NCBI GenBank assembly: GCA_040285825.1
Contig: JAUPSS010000004.1
Location: forward strand, 4,803,784-4,867,783
Reading direction: 5' to 3'
Length of the DNA: 64,000 nt
Origin: Eukaryota sp. TZLM1-RC
Taxonomy: Eukaryota; Protista; Metamonada: BaSk clade
Part shown: positions 13,336 to 24,512 of the stretch, in pieces
Position numbering within the stretch: position 1 is the stretch's first letter
How the letters are laid out: every line of letters begins with the position of its first letter
Notes under the pieces: generated by a model
Database searches by the model: none
What the model was told of the DNA's origin: nothing
The model's input: the letters and a program-made list of their open reading frames with translations, nothing else
Position numbers and translations under genes: made by a program

Positions 13336-16300
13336 TCAGACGCACCCCCTGGTATACAGAGCATTCAGAATTATATGGATTCGCTGCTGAGTGCAACCAT
13401 CCAGGAACAAGCTTGCATTAAGCCCTACTGGGAGCTCATTTCCATCCCTCATGAAATTCCATCTTCACAGGTGAGTTCGTGTTCAACCAAATATAACAAG
13501 GGAACTTTTTCTCATGAAGACTCTCCTTGTTATTTGGTTGAATATAGACTATTTGGTCAGATTGAATCTTCCTCTTTTTTGATTGAGAAGGGTCAACTTG
13601 TCCAAGTAGTCCATCAGGAAGTTTTTATAAATTGTTTTTTAATTTATTCTTTAACATTATTGATTAATAAACATTTGATAAGCCCTTCAAGAAAACACAT
13701 TATCTATGAATTTGCTGGCTGTGCCTGAGGTGCGAATCTGGAAGCCGTATGTGTCTCACACATCAGTGTTTCCACCCACAGCCTCTTTATAGTAGGGGGG
13801 CAATTCATTTTGTGTTTTTTTTGGGGAGATTGATGACCTATCTGATGAAATATTTTATAATTTTTCATTAAAAATTATTTAAATTTAATTCTTTTTATGA
13901 TAAAAATATGTATTTTAAAAAATTAATTTATCAGTTGGAGGACTTTTGTGGAGGACTTTTGTGATCTTTGAGAAAAGTCAACAAACAGAAACGAACATGA
14001 TTGCAAAGTTGATTATGAAAATATCACTTTAATCATTCCTGTGAAAAAAAATTGCTGAGTTCATTTAAAGAATTATTAGAAACTTATAATCCTCATATAA
14101 TATGTGGTTTTAATATTCTCAAATTTGACATTCCATATATTATGAAAGGTTCTGAAAATGAGGACTTTTTTAAGGGTCAAATCCGTGCTGGTGAATGGGT
14201 TCAATACTTTAACACATATTTAATAGAATTGAATCACGAATACTTGAACCCCTGAATTACTGGTCGATTTGTTGTTGATACCTGTAGTATTTACACAAAT
14301 TATTTTCTACCACGCAAACGAAGCACAGTTTCTAAAATCTGATTAGGGGAAAGTAAAATTGACGTTGATCCTCAGTATATTGCAAAGTATTAGAAGGTTC
14401 AAGAACATGATCCCCTCTCAAATTTTTCTTATCCCAAAGAAGAACTGCAGTTGCAGTTTATTGTTTAAGTGATACAGATTTAACCATCAAATTATTTAAT
14501 TTCTTTAGCAATGACCAATTCATGGAAACTGTTAAACATTAACCTTATGATGATTATAAGGATAGTCTGAAAAATGTCATCAGAGATCCGAAAATGCTTG
14601 ACGTGATCGATGAGGCAGTAATTAGGTGTCAGGAAATTTTTGGTTTAGAATTCATTTGTGGTTAATATTTGCATCTTTTTGACTTGAACCCAATTGATAT
14701 TTTACCAAAAATTGAAACCCAATTATTTCGTGACGCTTTTCTTGTGGTCACGTCCCACAATGAGCAGGAAAGTTCCCTAAACCCAAAGACAAAAACAGCT
14801 TTGCAAAATCCTCGTTGTGACCCGTTGTTTAAATTCTATCACCAACACTTTAAAGAAAAACTTGTTCCAAAAGTTTTATCAAAAAAAGGAATCAGTAATA
14901 TTTTGTATTAAACGATTGACAAACTTATAGTGAATTTCAAAAATAACATCCAGTAGCATTACTTTGATTACTTGGATCGGTTTGTTGATGTGTTTTATGA
15001 TGTTGGGAAAAACAACAACGTTCTGAAAAAGCAAGATCAGAAAAACTTCTCATCATTCATCAACACAATTGAATCTCTCTTTCTAGAAGGATGTAGAGAT
15101 ATTGATGGCGAAACCTCTGCAATGAGAAACAAAGTCTCATCAATTACTTCGCTTTACATTAATGACCGGATCCCTCTTTCACTTCCCAGTAATTCTAAAA
15201 GGGAAAAATGTTCAAAATTTGATTTTTCATCAAAATCAAATTACTATTTGAGGGCAATGTTTTATATATATAATTATTTAGAAAATGAGGAGAGCAAACT
15301 CTCTCATGCTCTGCCTTGGAAGAATTCTTTTATTCCCTCGTTTTTCAGAATTGACAACACAAGTTTATTGGACTTGTTCTTTGTACAATTCAAGGACGTT
15401 CTTGGTTAAAGGTCGTCCTACCAATGCAATGATCAAGCTGCTGATTGGGTTTAATGGAATACCTTCTTGAAAATGGATAAAATTAAAAACACTAAAAATT
15501 ATTCAGAAAGTTCCAAGTACATCAAGTCTTGTATCGAGACTGATGGAATAGCGGTATCATTCATTCAATCTAGAATTGACTTGACAAATACAAAGTAACT
15601 GCAAAAGAAATGAAAGATAAAGAAAAATATATTGATGATCCCAGCTTCAATCCTTCTGAACTTCAAGATATGGCCCTTGCTGCTTCTGATCCAGGGAAAT
15701 TTGATCTACTCTATTTTTCTGCCAATTTAGCTACTGGAATGACTCATTCAAAAAAACCTGAGAGAGATAAATATGTTCATTTCAGGTACACTCAAAATCA
15801 ACGAAGATTTAAGTCGAAAAGTTCCAAATTCAAAAGAATAAGAGACAGCAAATGGAATGACACTCTGATCACAATAAGTAAGTTTACTGGTAGAGTGATT
15901 GATCTATCCAATTATGAACCATCTGAAGAGCACAAGAAAGGATGGATTTAAACAGCAGTATAATTAATCAAATGACTGAAAGAACAATTAGTTTATTAAG
16001 AGGTGAAGTTCCTCAAAAAAATCAATTTTCCCCACGAAATTGATAACTCATTAAATTTGAGAAATAATAATCACACGACTAAATCTGTCGCAGAATGGGA
16101 AGCAACTTTATCCCAATTCAATTCCAAAAGGTGCAGGTTTGATAGATTTATGGCATATATTAAACAAAAAAAATATGTGAATGGTATTGTTGGTGAAATC
16201 TATCATCAAAAAATATTTACGAAACTAAGATGGTGGACTGAGACTAATCGCACAAGATCTGAGGCGAAGATGATTCAGAAATTCAAATCAGTAATTGGTG

Positions 16301-16788
16301 ATCCCGGCCAAGTAGTTATTGGAATCGGAGACTGGGAACAACGAAAACACATGAAATTCAAAGAGCCTACAAAAGGAAAAGAGTTGAGAATTCTATTTAA
16401 AAAGGCTGGTTATAAGGTCTTTTTGATTGATAAGTTTCGAACGAGTTGCTGTTTCAACTGTAAGAAAGCGGAGAAAACAGTTGAAACATTCCGATGGTGT
16501 AGAAATCCAAGGCCATGGAATAGGCATGAGATGTCTATTCGTCATGGGCTTGCCATGTGTAAATCATGTGGAAGTTTGTGGAATAGAGATCGAAATGCTT
16601 CGCTGAATATGTTGGCAGCGATGGAAGCACATGTAAAAGGTGGGGATAGACCAGAACACCTACAGAGAGTCAAGGTTGACAAAGGTTCAAAGAAAGTCAA
16701 CAAGAAAATCACTTCTCAAAAACTGAGTCCTTCTGTATCAGTGTAAAAAGGACACTTGTTTTATTGTTATAGTCATCATCTTTAACTA
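13333..16788 (+). mobile_element. Fanzor1 element A: degenerate PolB-type 3'-5' exonuclease-Fanzor fusion plus structured right end
   Basis: ExoII NPHIICGFNILKFDIPY (14088-14138) and ITGRFVVD; ExoIII VAVYCLSD (14450-14473) is in frame with the Fanzor N-terminus KDSLKNVIRD..VIDEAVIRC. RuvC-I LAASDPGK (15688), VVIGIGDW, IDKFRTSCCFNC (catalytic E>K), CKSC..WNRDRNASLN. Many stops and frameshifts. Confidence 0.9.
16712..16788 (+). ncRNA. Putative omega-RNA 3' scaffold / right end of the family-A Fanzor
   Basis: Homologous to 63323-63395 (minus). Two hairpins: GTCCTT..TGTAAAAAGGAC and GTTATAG..CTTTAAC. Ends TAACTA directly before the host ATG. Confidence 0.6.
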
Positions 16789-18450
16789 ATGGCCTCCATA
16801 CGTCCACTCTCCTCCATTGTAGCTGAATTATCTGATGCTCTGTCAGATACTTCCACTTCACAGTCTTCTGCAGTCAGTACCTCCACTTTTAAACTACTAC
16901 AAACTATTCCACCAACTCAAAGGGCCATTAACCAACTAGACACCACTCCACTCTCTTCACTCAGCTTTCCAAATCTCTCTACACTCTCTCCATCCACTGA
17001 AACCTTTCTCGAACTCCTCAAAGTCCGAAATCGTGCTTCCGAACTTTTGGAATCAGCGAACCGTCAGAAACGTCTCCCTTTGCTGTCCCGTGAAGCTAAC
17101 TTTCTTTGTAACCAGCTTTCAACACTGTTTCAAATTGAAAGCTTTGTTCGAGCTGTGGAAGTATTCAAAGAACTCAAAGGTGCCTCTGAAACTGACCCTC
17201 AACATTCGGAAGCTTGCTCACGTTTGCAAGTCGTGATTAAGCAATCAGGTCAAAAACTTATCAAAGAGGCAGTCAAAGTCAAGGACAGTCAAAAACTAAG
17301 TAATGCCAGCAATGCACTTGTTGATATTGGTTTTCGTCAAATTGTATCAGAAGTCTTAGTTGATGAGCTATCACGTGTTATTTCTGACCGGTCAAAAGGC
17401 CAAAAGGTTGACGTGATTGCTGATTATTTGATTGATTACGAGTTTGTCAATCAAATCACGAGTCAGTTTGGCTTTGATGATTTAAGAATTTTTTCATTGA
17501 TATCAGTTTTTTCGGAGTTTTCAGTTAGTAATTCTGATTTAATCAAATCAGCTGCTGATGTGTCAAAAATGATTGTTGACGTATCTCAAATGATTGACCA
17601 ATCAGATTCTAATTTGATTACTTTTTTTGGCCTACTCACTCAACCTTTGGTGGATCAGTTAGACGAGTATCTGAAAATTTCATTATTTGATAGTAGCTCA
17701 TTAAATTCAATCAAAGTCAGAAACTTGGAAGATTTTGAGCTATTTTCTGTCAAATTAACTGATATTGGTGGACTTTTGGTTTCTATTATGGCTCAATCAT
17801 TTGAATTTTTAGAAGGATCAGTTGTTGACATATTTTTTAAACAAATGGAAATTTTCCTTAATGAGCTTTACTTGATCTTGGATGAGCTGTTCTCGTCTAT
17901 GACACCTGTCTACCTGTCAAGATGTCAATCAAATGTCGATTTAAACCCTTGTACACATATTGGCTATGATGAAAATGGACTTGTTTATTTGTTGAATTCC
18001 CTGGAATTCAGCTTGGATTATGACCGTTTTAGATCAAATTTAGATAAAATTCCTGAAAATGAAAAACTTTTATCAAGTATTGTTGGAAGTCAATGTTATT
18101 CAGACCGTATTTTTGACCTTCTCAGTACTTCAAAAGACCTTTTCTCCAATGTTAATAGGGTTTATTCAACTGGAATTGCATCTTTAATATTAAACGTAGT
18201 AGCTGGTGATGTTGTTTTGAAGTTATTAAATTCTAAATCTGAAGATAATTTGGAGTATGTTGTTTTACTTTGCGATGCGATTGAGTACTTGCCCTCACAA
18301 ATAGACAAAATTTATTCTAAAGTTAGTAACTCAAAGTCCACTGCCGATTTAATTCAATCAATTTGTTGGATGTTGATACAATATTTTGATGGTATTTCTG
18401 ATGTTTTTTATGATGAAACAATTATTGAAACAATTAGACGATTCTTGTAA
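16789..18450 (+). CDS. COG7-like (CATCHR helical) Golgi tethering subunit
   Basis: Intact 553-aa helical protein. LELLKVRNRASELLESAN and LEYVVLLCDAIEYLPSQID resemble conserved COG7 segments. Confidence 0.45.
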   Translation: MASIRPLSSIVAELSDALSDTSTSQSSAVSTSTFKLLQTIPPTQRAINQLDTTPLSSLSFPNLSTLSPSTETFLELLKVRNRASELLESANRQKRLPLLSREANFLCNQLSTLFQIESFVRAVEVFKELKGASETDPQHSEACSRLQVVIKQSGQKLIKEAVKVKDSQKLSNASNALVDIGFRQIVSEVLVDELSRVISDRSKGQKVDVIADYLIDYEFVNQITSQFGFDDLRIFSLISVFSEFSVSNSDLIKSAADVSKMIVDVSQMIDQSDSNLITFFGLLTQPLVDQLDEYLKISLFDSSSLNSIKVRNLEDFELFSVKLTDIGGLLVSIMAQSFEFLEGSVVDIFFKQMEIFLNELYLILDELFSSMTPVYLSRCQSNVDLNPCTHIGYDENGLVYLLNSLEFSLDYDRFRSNLDKIPENEKLLSSIVGSQCYSDRIFDLLSTSKDLFSNVNRVYSTGIASLILNVVAGDVVLKLLNSKSEDNLEYVVLLCDAIEYLPSQIDKIYSKVSNSKSTADLIQSICWMLIQYFDGISDVFYDETIIETIRRFL

Positions 18451-18791
18451 TATTGAAAAATCTTAATTATTGTGTAATATACTTAAATTCTTGAATAATT
18501 CCAAATATACTATTGGTAAAGTGTATCAATAATAGGAAATGAAATTGTTGGTTGTTATCATTGTTTTTTAATGGAACTTTCGCTTTTGCAAGATATCTAG
18601 TTTGAAGTATACTGGTATTGTCAGTTAATTTGATGACCCCCCCCCCTCCTCCCCGAATCTAACTCAAAATTCATTCAAAATTTTAAATAGTTCATTAGCT
18701 ATTGATTCTGAATAAATCAATCTAAATATTTGACTTTCAATTAAATATCCAGTTAAATTGTTTTCATGAAATCAATCAAGTGTCAAAAAAC

Positions 18792-20147
18792 TCATAGTAT
18801 TAATGATTGAATTCCCAAAATGGAAAGTCCAATAAAAAGAACTATTGTAGTGACTCCAAATCCATATTTAATAAATCTAGAAAATTTCAACTCAAAACCC
18901 AAAGACTTTAACAACCCAAGCCACATAATACCAGCTAAACTTCCCAAAGGTGTGATATTAGCACCAATATTACTAGCAAAAGCTACTGAATAGATGGAAG
19001 CCGTAGAAACCACTTTTTGAGAATTAATAATTGAAGCAAAGAGAACAGACATTGGAATGTTGTTTAAAAGGTTACACGAAAATGCAGCAGTAATGCCATA
19101 AACATAGACATCAATCAAGTTGTGCAGTCTTGATGGAGCTAACGTCTTTACATCACTTAGTGTTGTTTCTACTACGCGCGAGACACCTGATCTCTCCATT
19201 GAAAGAGTAAGAATGAACATTGAGAGTAAAAAAATAGCCAAAGTCCATGGAATATTGACAATAACCTTCTTCAAATAATTGAATGCGTAAAAGCTGCTAG
19301 AACAAATCTGCCGAATGAAGAATGAAACAATTAAACAACAGCAGACACAAAGACTAGAAAGAGTGACATTAAGATGGAAAATGGGACCAACAGCTATCAA
19401 AACGACAGCAACAAAGAGATGAAGTCCCCCAATAAAAGCACCAGTACGATCAAAGAAAACCTCTTCTGATGGTGAATCATTGTTGGATGAAATTAATTTT
19501 AAACTCGCCTTCTTGTAAATCAAAAAACCATTCAAAAAACCAGCAACAATAACAGTTAAAAATAAAGTCGAAGTGTATTTTAGAAAGTTTAGATTAAAAT
19601 AAGCCCCCAAATACAAAGTGGTGGGGTTCCCAATTATTAAAAATGAAGACCAAATATTTGTTGAAAAAAACTGACACATTAAAAAACATTCAGGGTCAAA
19701 ACCAGCTTGTTTGGTTAGGTTGTAAATGATGGGAGTTAATACAAGAATAACAACATCATTTGAAGTAAAGATGGTTGTCATAGAAACAATTGTAAATAAG
19801 GTCCAGTAGAATTTTGTTAATGAATTGCCAAAAGTTTTGAGACACAAAGTTGCAATATGTTCGAAAAAACCAGTCTTACCAAGAGATAAAGAAAGAAATG
19901 TCAAAGAGAAGAACAAAAGCAGGATGGATAGTGGATTCACATTGAGTGAGCGATCGAAAAGAGAAAGGGTGAGGGAAATGGTAGAGCGGGGGTTAAAGAT
20001 AAACAGTATCAGTGGCCCAAGCAGTGAACATACCCAATAGGAAGAAAAAGTTCGATTCAACTTTGTAATGGTGATATTGGGATAACGGGACGAGGACAAG
20101 GTGACTGAAAGCGTTGTAGCAGCGAATGCTATTAATGAACTCAGCAT
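18792..20147 (-). CDS. ArsB/NhaD (ion transporter superfamily) membrane permease
   Basis: About 12 hydrophobic segments; TSNDVVILVLTPII, IGNPT, NNIPMSV and NIGANITPLGSLAG motifs. Confidence 0.8.
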   Translation of the reverse strand: MLSSLIAFAATTLSVTLSSSRYPNITITKLNRTFSSYWVCSLLGPLILFIFNPRSTISLTLSLFDRSLNVNPLSILLLFFSLTFLSLSLGKTGFFEHIATLCLKTFGNSLTKFYWTLFTIVSMTTIFTSNDVVILVLTPIIYNLTKQAGFDPECFLMCQFFSTNIWSSFLIIGNPTTLYLGAYFNLNFLKYTSTLFLTVIVAGFLNGFLIYKKASLKLISSNNDSPSEEVFFDRTGAFIGGLHLFVAVVLIAVGPIFHLNVTLSSLCVCCCLIVSFFIRQICSSSFYAFNYLKKVIVNIPWTLAIFLLSMFILTLSMERSGVSRVVETTLSDVKTLAPSRLHNLIDVYVYGITAAFSCNLLNNIPMSVLFASIINSQKVVSTASIYSVAFASNIGANITPLGSLAGIMWLGLLKSLGFELKFSRFIKYGFGVTTIVLFIGLSILGIQSLIL

Positions 20148-20495
20148 AGGGTATGGGTTTACTTCAAAATAAAATGTGTTCAAGAAAAATGAATTTTATT
20201 CCTGGAACAGTCACATTTTACAACTCAACAACAGACCTTAACTAATACTTTTTCTACTCAAATCCCAGCAATTAAATGAAAAATATTTTTTTCGATTTTT
20301 TTCTTTATTTTTGCAAAAAATATTACACAAAGGGATTAATCACACCCAACTTCATTCACATTCAACATCATTTGATCTACCGTCTGTGTATAAGCGGCTA
20401 CAAGTATTAAGTATCAGGTGTTGCAAATTTCAAATCAAACAAATTAAAACATTATCTTACCCACTATGAAAAGAAATTTAATGGTAAAATCACGT

Positions 20496-20989
20496 ATTTA
20501 TTGAATTTGCACACTTGATTAAATTAAATCATAACTAATGGGACGACTATCATTAAACCAAGATTTCCTCTACAAAATCTTGATTTGCTTGCTGTCTAGC
20601 TAAAGCTTCTCTAATTCGATTGAAAAACCGCGGTAATCTATTAATAATGGCAAATTGAATCCGTGAACGCCATAAAAAAATATCAAATCTTTTCATTGTT
20701 TTTTCTTTCACCATTTTTTGGAAGTCATCCAAAAAAGTTTCTGCTTCAACTGACAATCTTCCATTTATCGAAAATGGGAAAGCAATAAAAACCAGCTGTG
20801 TATTGCTATCGACATTTGCATCTTCAATTTCTTTATCATATTTTCTATGTTTTTCTTTTGCTTTAAAATCCAGAGCAGCCACAGGATTAAGTTTTCTTCT
20901 GTGAACCAAAGTATCGTTTGCAACATTACATGAGACAAAGTCAACAATAGCTTCAGAATTATCAATCCAATCACAGTATACATCACCTC
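20496..20989 (-). mobile_element. 3' fragment of the CRE-like retrotransposon family (RLE end)
   Basis: Near-identical to 60177-60665 (RGDVYCDWIDNSEAIVDFVSCNV...KAKEKHRKY...FPFSINGRL). Confidence 0.85.
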
Positions 20990-20994
20990 AATTT

Positions 20995-21700
20995 AATGGT
21001 CTAATACATTCGATCTTTTCCCGGTTATCAAGGACAATTTTTCAAAAATCATAGGGGAAACAATCTAAATAATTGATGCCTAAAAGTTTCAGAAACACAA
21101 AATCAGTGGAAAATTTTTCTTATGAAAAATAATTAAAAGAAAACGTTAACCAAAAAAAGGGTTTTCATTTTGAGAAGTTGGATTATTTTTTACGTTTCAA
21201 TTTTATTGAAGAAACAATGTCTGATTCAATCAAATTCCAAAGACTGGCTGAAGATTGTGTTAATGATTGTCAGCTACTGATAAAAAGTTTCAAATTATTT
21301 TTATTATTTGAATTTGGATGCAATTCAGAAACTACCGAAGAAACCCGCAATCAAAGTTGTCAAATTCAATTTAAAAAAAGATAAGGTTTCCAGGTAAGCA
21401 GAAGATTATTGAACGTGCTGTTCGTACCTTTTCGTTGATAAATTGTCGAGCCAAGGATTTATTATCAGCATTTCTAATTAATTCATTCCATCATGGTTTG
21501 GAATTTTTTTTGCAAATGCTGCATTTACCAAATTTGAAAATCAACAATTCTACATTTTCGTAAATTTGTAGAGCTGTTTGCCACCAAAATGTAAAAAAAC
21601 CGAGATCTCTGAAATTTATAATTCAAAAATCAAACCTATGTTGATTAATCCACAAAAACTCAATGCAATACGTTCTGGAATCGAGATACTAATTCTGCAC
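20995..21700 (+). pseudogene. Fanzor1 remnant G: ExoIII-like segment followed by the Fanzor N-terminus
   Basis: QRLAEDCVNDCQLLIKSF (ExoIII YCxxD with TAT>GAT), then KVVKFNLKK..KQKIIERAVRTFSLINCRAKDLLSAFLINSF, a typical Fanzor1 N-terminal pattern, across frameshifts. Confidence 0.55.
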
Positions 21701-22290
21701 TAAATATTCATTTGTTGGCTGAAGACATTTTGGTTGGAAGAGAGAGATCAGAGGTGTTCAAGAGACAACAGTCTCAAACGAGTGTAATTGAACCCACTGA
21801 TGAAAGCCAGAGAGATGTTGATAAGGATTGTGAAGGTGATGGTACACCAATGAGTCCGATTCAACAACCAAACCGCAATATATTATCATGAGTAGCGAAT
21901 GCGAAAGTTAAAAACAATGTATAGTTTTGACGTAACTTCACACAACACAGGCCATACCAGCTCTACCAATTCTACAGATATACCATACCAATTCTGATTA
22001 ATTCCCCTATTAGATCCTCCGGGGATTGCTCCAGCTATTCTTAACAAATACTAAACGAAATAAAAAGATAACTAGTAAGCAATAATTCCAGAAAATCCAC
22101 ACAATTCTCTACCAACAATATACAGTCAACCAAATTCTAAACAAAGCAAGTCCAGCATTCCCATAAATCCATGAAAACTTCTGCCAGAGTGAAGCATATA
22201 TAATCTGGGGGTTGGTTAAGGACATTTGAATACTTGTTTCTAGAAAAATGTACTAGGTTGTAACTCTTGTGGAAGTCATGCATCAACACA

Positions 22291-22821
22291 TTAATAGTTG
22301 AGACTTTCAAAGTGGTGACGTTCCAAAGAGAGCAGCATTTGCTTCATGATCAATCCACCTCTGAACCTCTTTGATGGAGAAGATTTGGGCACCACACGGT
22401 GACAAGGGTATACAATCAGCAAGGGGTTTCTTCCGATAGCAGTTCCGACTGCCCTCGCATATTTAGAAGAAAGGCCATTGTTTAAAGCCAGTTCACCGTA
22501 AGTCATGGTTTTGCCGTATGGTATAGTCTTCAGACTACTCCATACTTGTTTTTGAAAGGTGCTACCTATAAGAATGATTGGACCGTCGATCGTTGTCGAA
22601 GTGCCAGATAAAAAGGATCTGAACGCTTCACAATAGCGCATTAGATGAGCATCACTATGTTCAGATGTGTGGTCAGTGAGATGAATAGAAAGCCAGTTCA
22701 GACACTCTTCTTCAGATGCTGGCATTGACCCCACAAAACAGAGGCCTTTATTTGTAGCCGCAATATAGAAGGCCCACTGGTGGAATTTAAATAAAGAATA
22801 GTAAGCACAGAGTTGAGGCAT
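22291..22821 (-). CDS. MGMT: O6-methylguanine-DNA methyltransferase (Ogt/MGMT)
   Basis: GSTFQKQVW..IPYGKTMTYGELA..ARAVGTAIGRNP and active-site PCHRV. Confidence 0.92.
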   Translation of the reverse strand: MPQLCAYYSLFKFHQWAFYIAATNKGLCFVGSMPASEEECLNWLSIHLTDHTSEHSDAHLMRYCEAFRSFLSGTSTTIDGPIILIGSTFQKQVWSSLKTIPYGKTMTYGELALNNGLSSKYARAVGTAIGRNPLLIVYPCHRVVPKSSPSKRFRGGLIMKQMLLSLERHHFESLNY

Positions 22822-23087
22822 GTAAAACACCCATGCAGTAATTGCAGAAGTTACAGTTAATCTTTTTCTAAACAAATCAAATTTAAATCGAATTGACACA
22901 TTATTAAACAGAACTAAAAACCTAGACTAATGCTTTTACCTACAAAACCCCCATCAATTGGATGAAAAAAGATTCTCGTCATTCACTTGAACATCAACTC
23001 GCCTATAATAAAACTCGATATTATTGTTCAAAATGGAGATAACACAACGAAGATAGATAATAGATATGACCAACATCATAAAAATAT

Positions 23088-24512
23088 TTAAACAGAATTT
23101 ATTTTTTCCAAAATTGTTTTTTGAGCGACAATTCTATCTTTTACCTTTCTGTTTTCTTCCGTTTCTATCAATTCAGCTAAACTGGTAATAATATGGTCTA
23201 AACTAATATTAGAACTTTGTAATAATGACAAAATCTGATTACAAACATCCTCATCAGTAGCAGCTCCGATGACGATGACGTGAGCAATCAAAACAGACAG
23301 GTAATCAACAATCTCCTCCAACTCAGAGATTACAATTTTATCCAATTCAGAACCATGTTTTACCTTTTGAGCTAACCTCAAGCAATAATCTACATAAATA
23401 TTTACAAAATCTAGATAATATTGTCCATCAACTACCATTGAAGAAAGTTTTTCAGCAAATTTTCCAGACGAAATTAGAACTAAATCTCGCAAAACACCAA
23501 ATAAATGAGAATCAAATGGAATAAGAATTTGAACGACTTCCAGCTCAGAAGTAGCAAAAGGATCAGAATAACGCAAGACCATCGAAGACCGTGACCTTCG
23601 CTTATTTAGTAACAATTCCAGTGATGGGATTCCATCAACTTCATAAAAATAGCGAACAAAATCTTCATCAGTCAAACAAAAAGTTAATAGCCTGAAACAA
23701 CAGCTCCAAATAGAGCTCATCCCATCAATTGCAGAAATAATTGCCCGTGTCAGACGCTGCTTCTGGGTTGTGTTAAACCTATCATTTAATACCAATATTG
23801 ACAAAATATTTACTAAATGCTCTGTGCATTCAAATTGTAACAACTTCATAGAAGTCTCGACTCTTATTTCCAGACAAGAAACAAATGCAGGAAGAAAAGG
23901 GTCAAAAATGTCAAGACCTTCATTGAATTGTTCAGAATAAAAGGCCAAAAGTTCAAAAAGATTGACTGAGAAATCATCATATAAATGGTCTCTGAGATAC
24001 TTTCTATTAGTGATGTATTCAGTGACAAAGATTTTGAATTTAGAGTTTGTAAAATAAAAAGTGGAGTAATTAATTGACAATTGTGATAAACGGGTTATTA
24101 TAGAAACAATTAAAGAAAAAGATTTCATATTTTCTATATTTTGCACATCAATGCTTACAAGAGATTCCACCAACATTGGATTGAGATGATCTACATCAAT
24201 GGCGAATTGAGAACCATGATGGTCCCCCTCTGCTTCAGTGGTTATGAAGTCTAGAGTGGTCTGTAGAGCCAGGATCGATACGTCAGAGTTTGGATGTGTG
24301 AATAAGGAGAATAGAGAAGGTTGAAGAGATGCACGAAGGAAATCAAGCAAGTGAGAATGGCATTGGACTTCGGTAGAAAGAGAGGAGAGTAATCGAAGAG
24401 ACTCATACAGTTGTAGCTCTGATTGGTAGAAATCTTCAGGATTGGTTACCGTATTTCGTAATTTTTCATTTTGTTCAAGTGACTCAACAAATGATGTGAT
24501 GTGTTTGTGCAT
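23088..24512 (-). CDS. CTNNBL1: Beta-catenin-like protein 1 (Prp19 complex)
   Basis: QNEKLR...NPEDFYQSELQL and LFTHPNSDVSI match the CTNNBL N-terminal motifs. Confidence 0.7.
   Translation of the reverse strand: MHKHITSFVESLEQNEKLRNTVTNPEDFYQSELQLYESLRLLSSLSTEVQCHSHLLDFLRASLQPSLFSLFTHPNSDVSILALQTTLDFITTEAEGDHHGSQFAIDVDHLNPMLVESLVSIDVQNIENMKSFSLIVSIITRLSQLSINYSTFYFTNSKFKIFVTEYITNRKYLRDHLYDDFSVNLFELLAFYSEQFNEGLDIFDPFLPAFVSCLEIRVETSMKLLQFECTEHLVNILSILVLNDRFNTTQKQRLTRAIISAIDGMSSIWSCCFRLLTFCLTDEDFVRYFYEVDGIPSLELLLNKRRSRSSMVLRYSDPFATSELEVVQILIPFDSHLFGVLRDLVLISSGKFAEKLSSMVVDGQYYLDFVNIYVDYCLRLAQKVKHGSELDKIVISELEEIVDYLSVLIAHVIVIGAATDEDVCNQILSLLQSSNISLDHIITSLAELIETEENRKVKDRIVAQKTILEKINSV

Noticed and set aside
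14040-14500. Remnant of a viral/Polinton or host DNA polymerase B gene
   Set aside because: No polymerase palm motifs in any of the five copies. The exonuclease is followed by Fanzor sequence or the element end, and it is in frame with Fanzor in A.
14240-16000. Alternative genetic code (TAA/TAG read-through) explaining in-frame stops
   Set aside because: Host genes are open under the standard code and end in TAA, TAG or TGA; the elements also contain frameshifts, which indicates decay.
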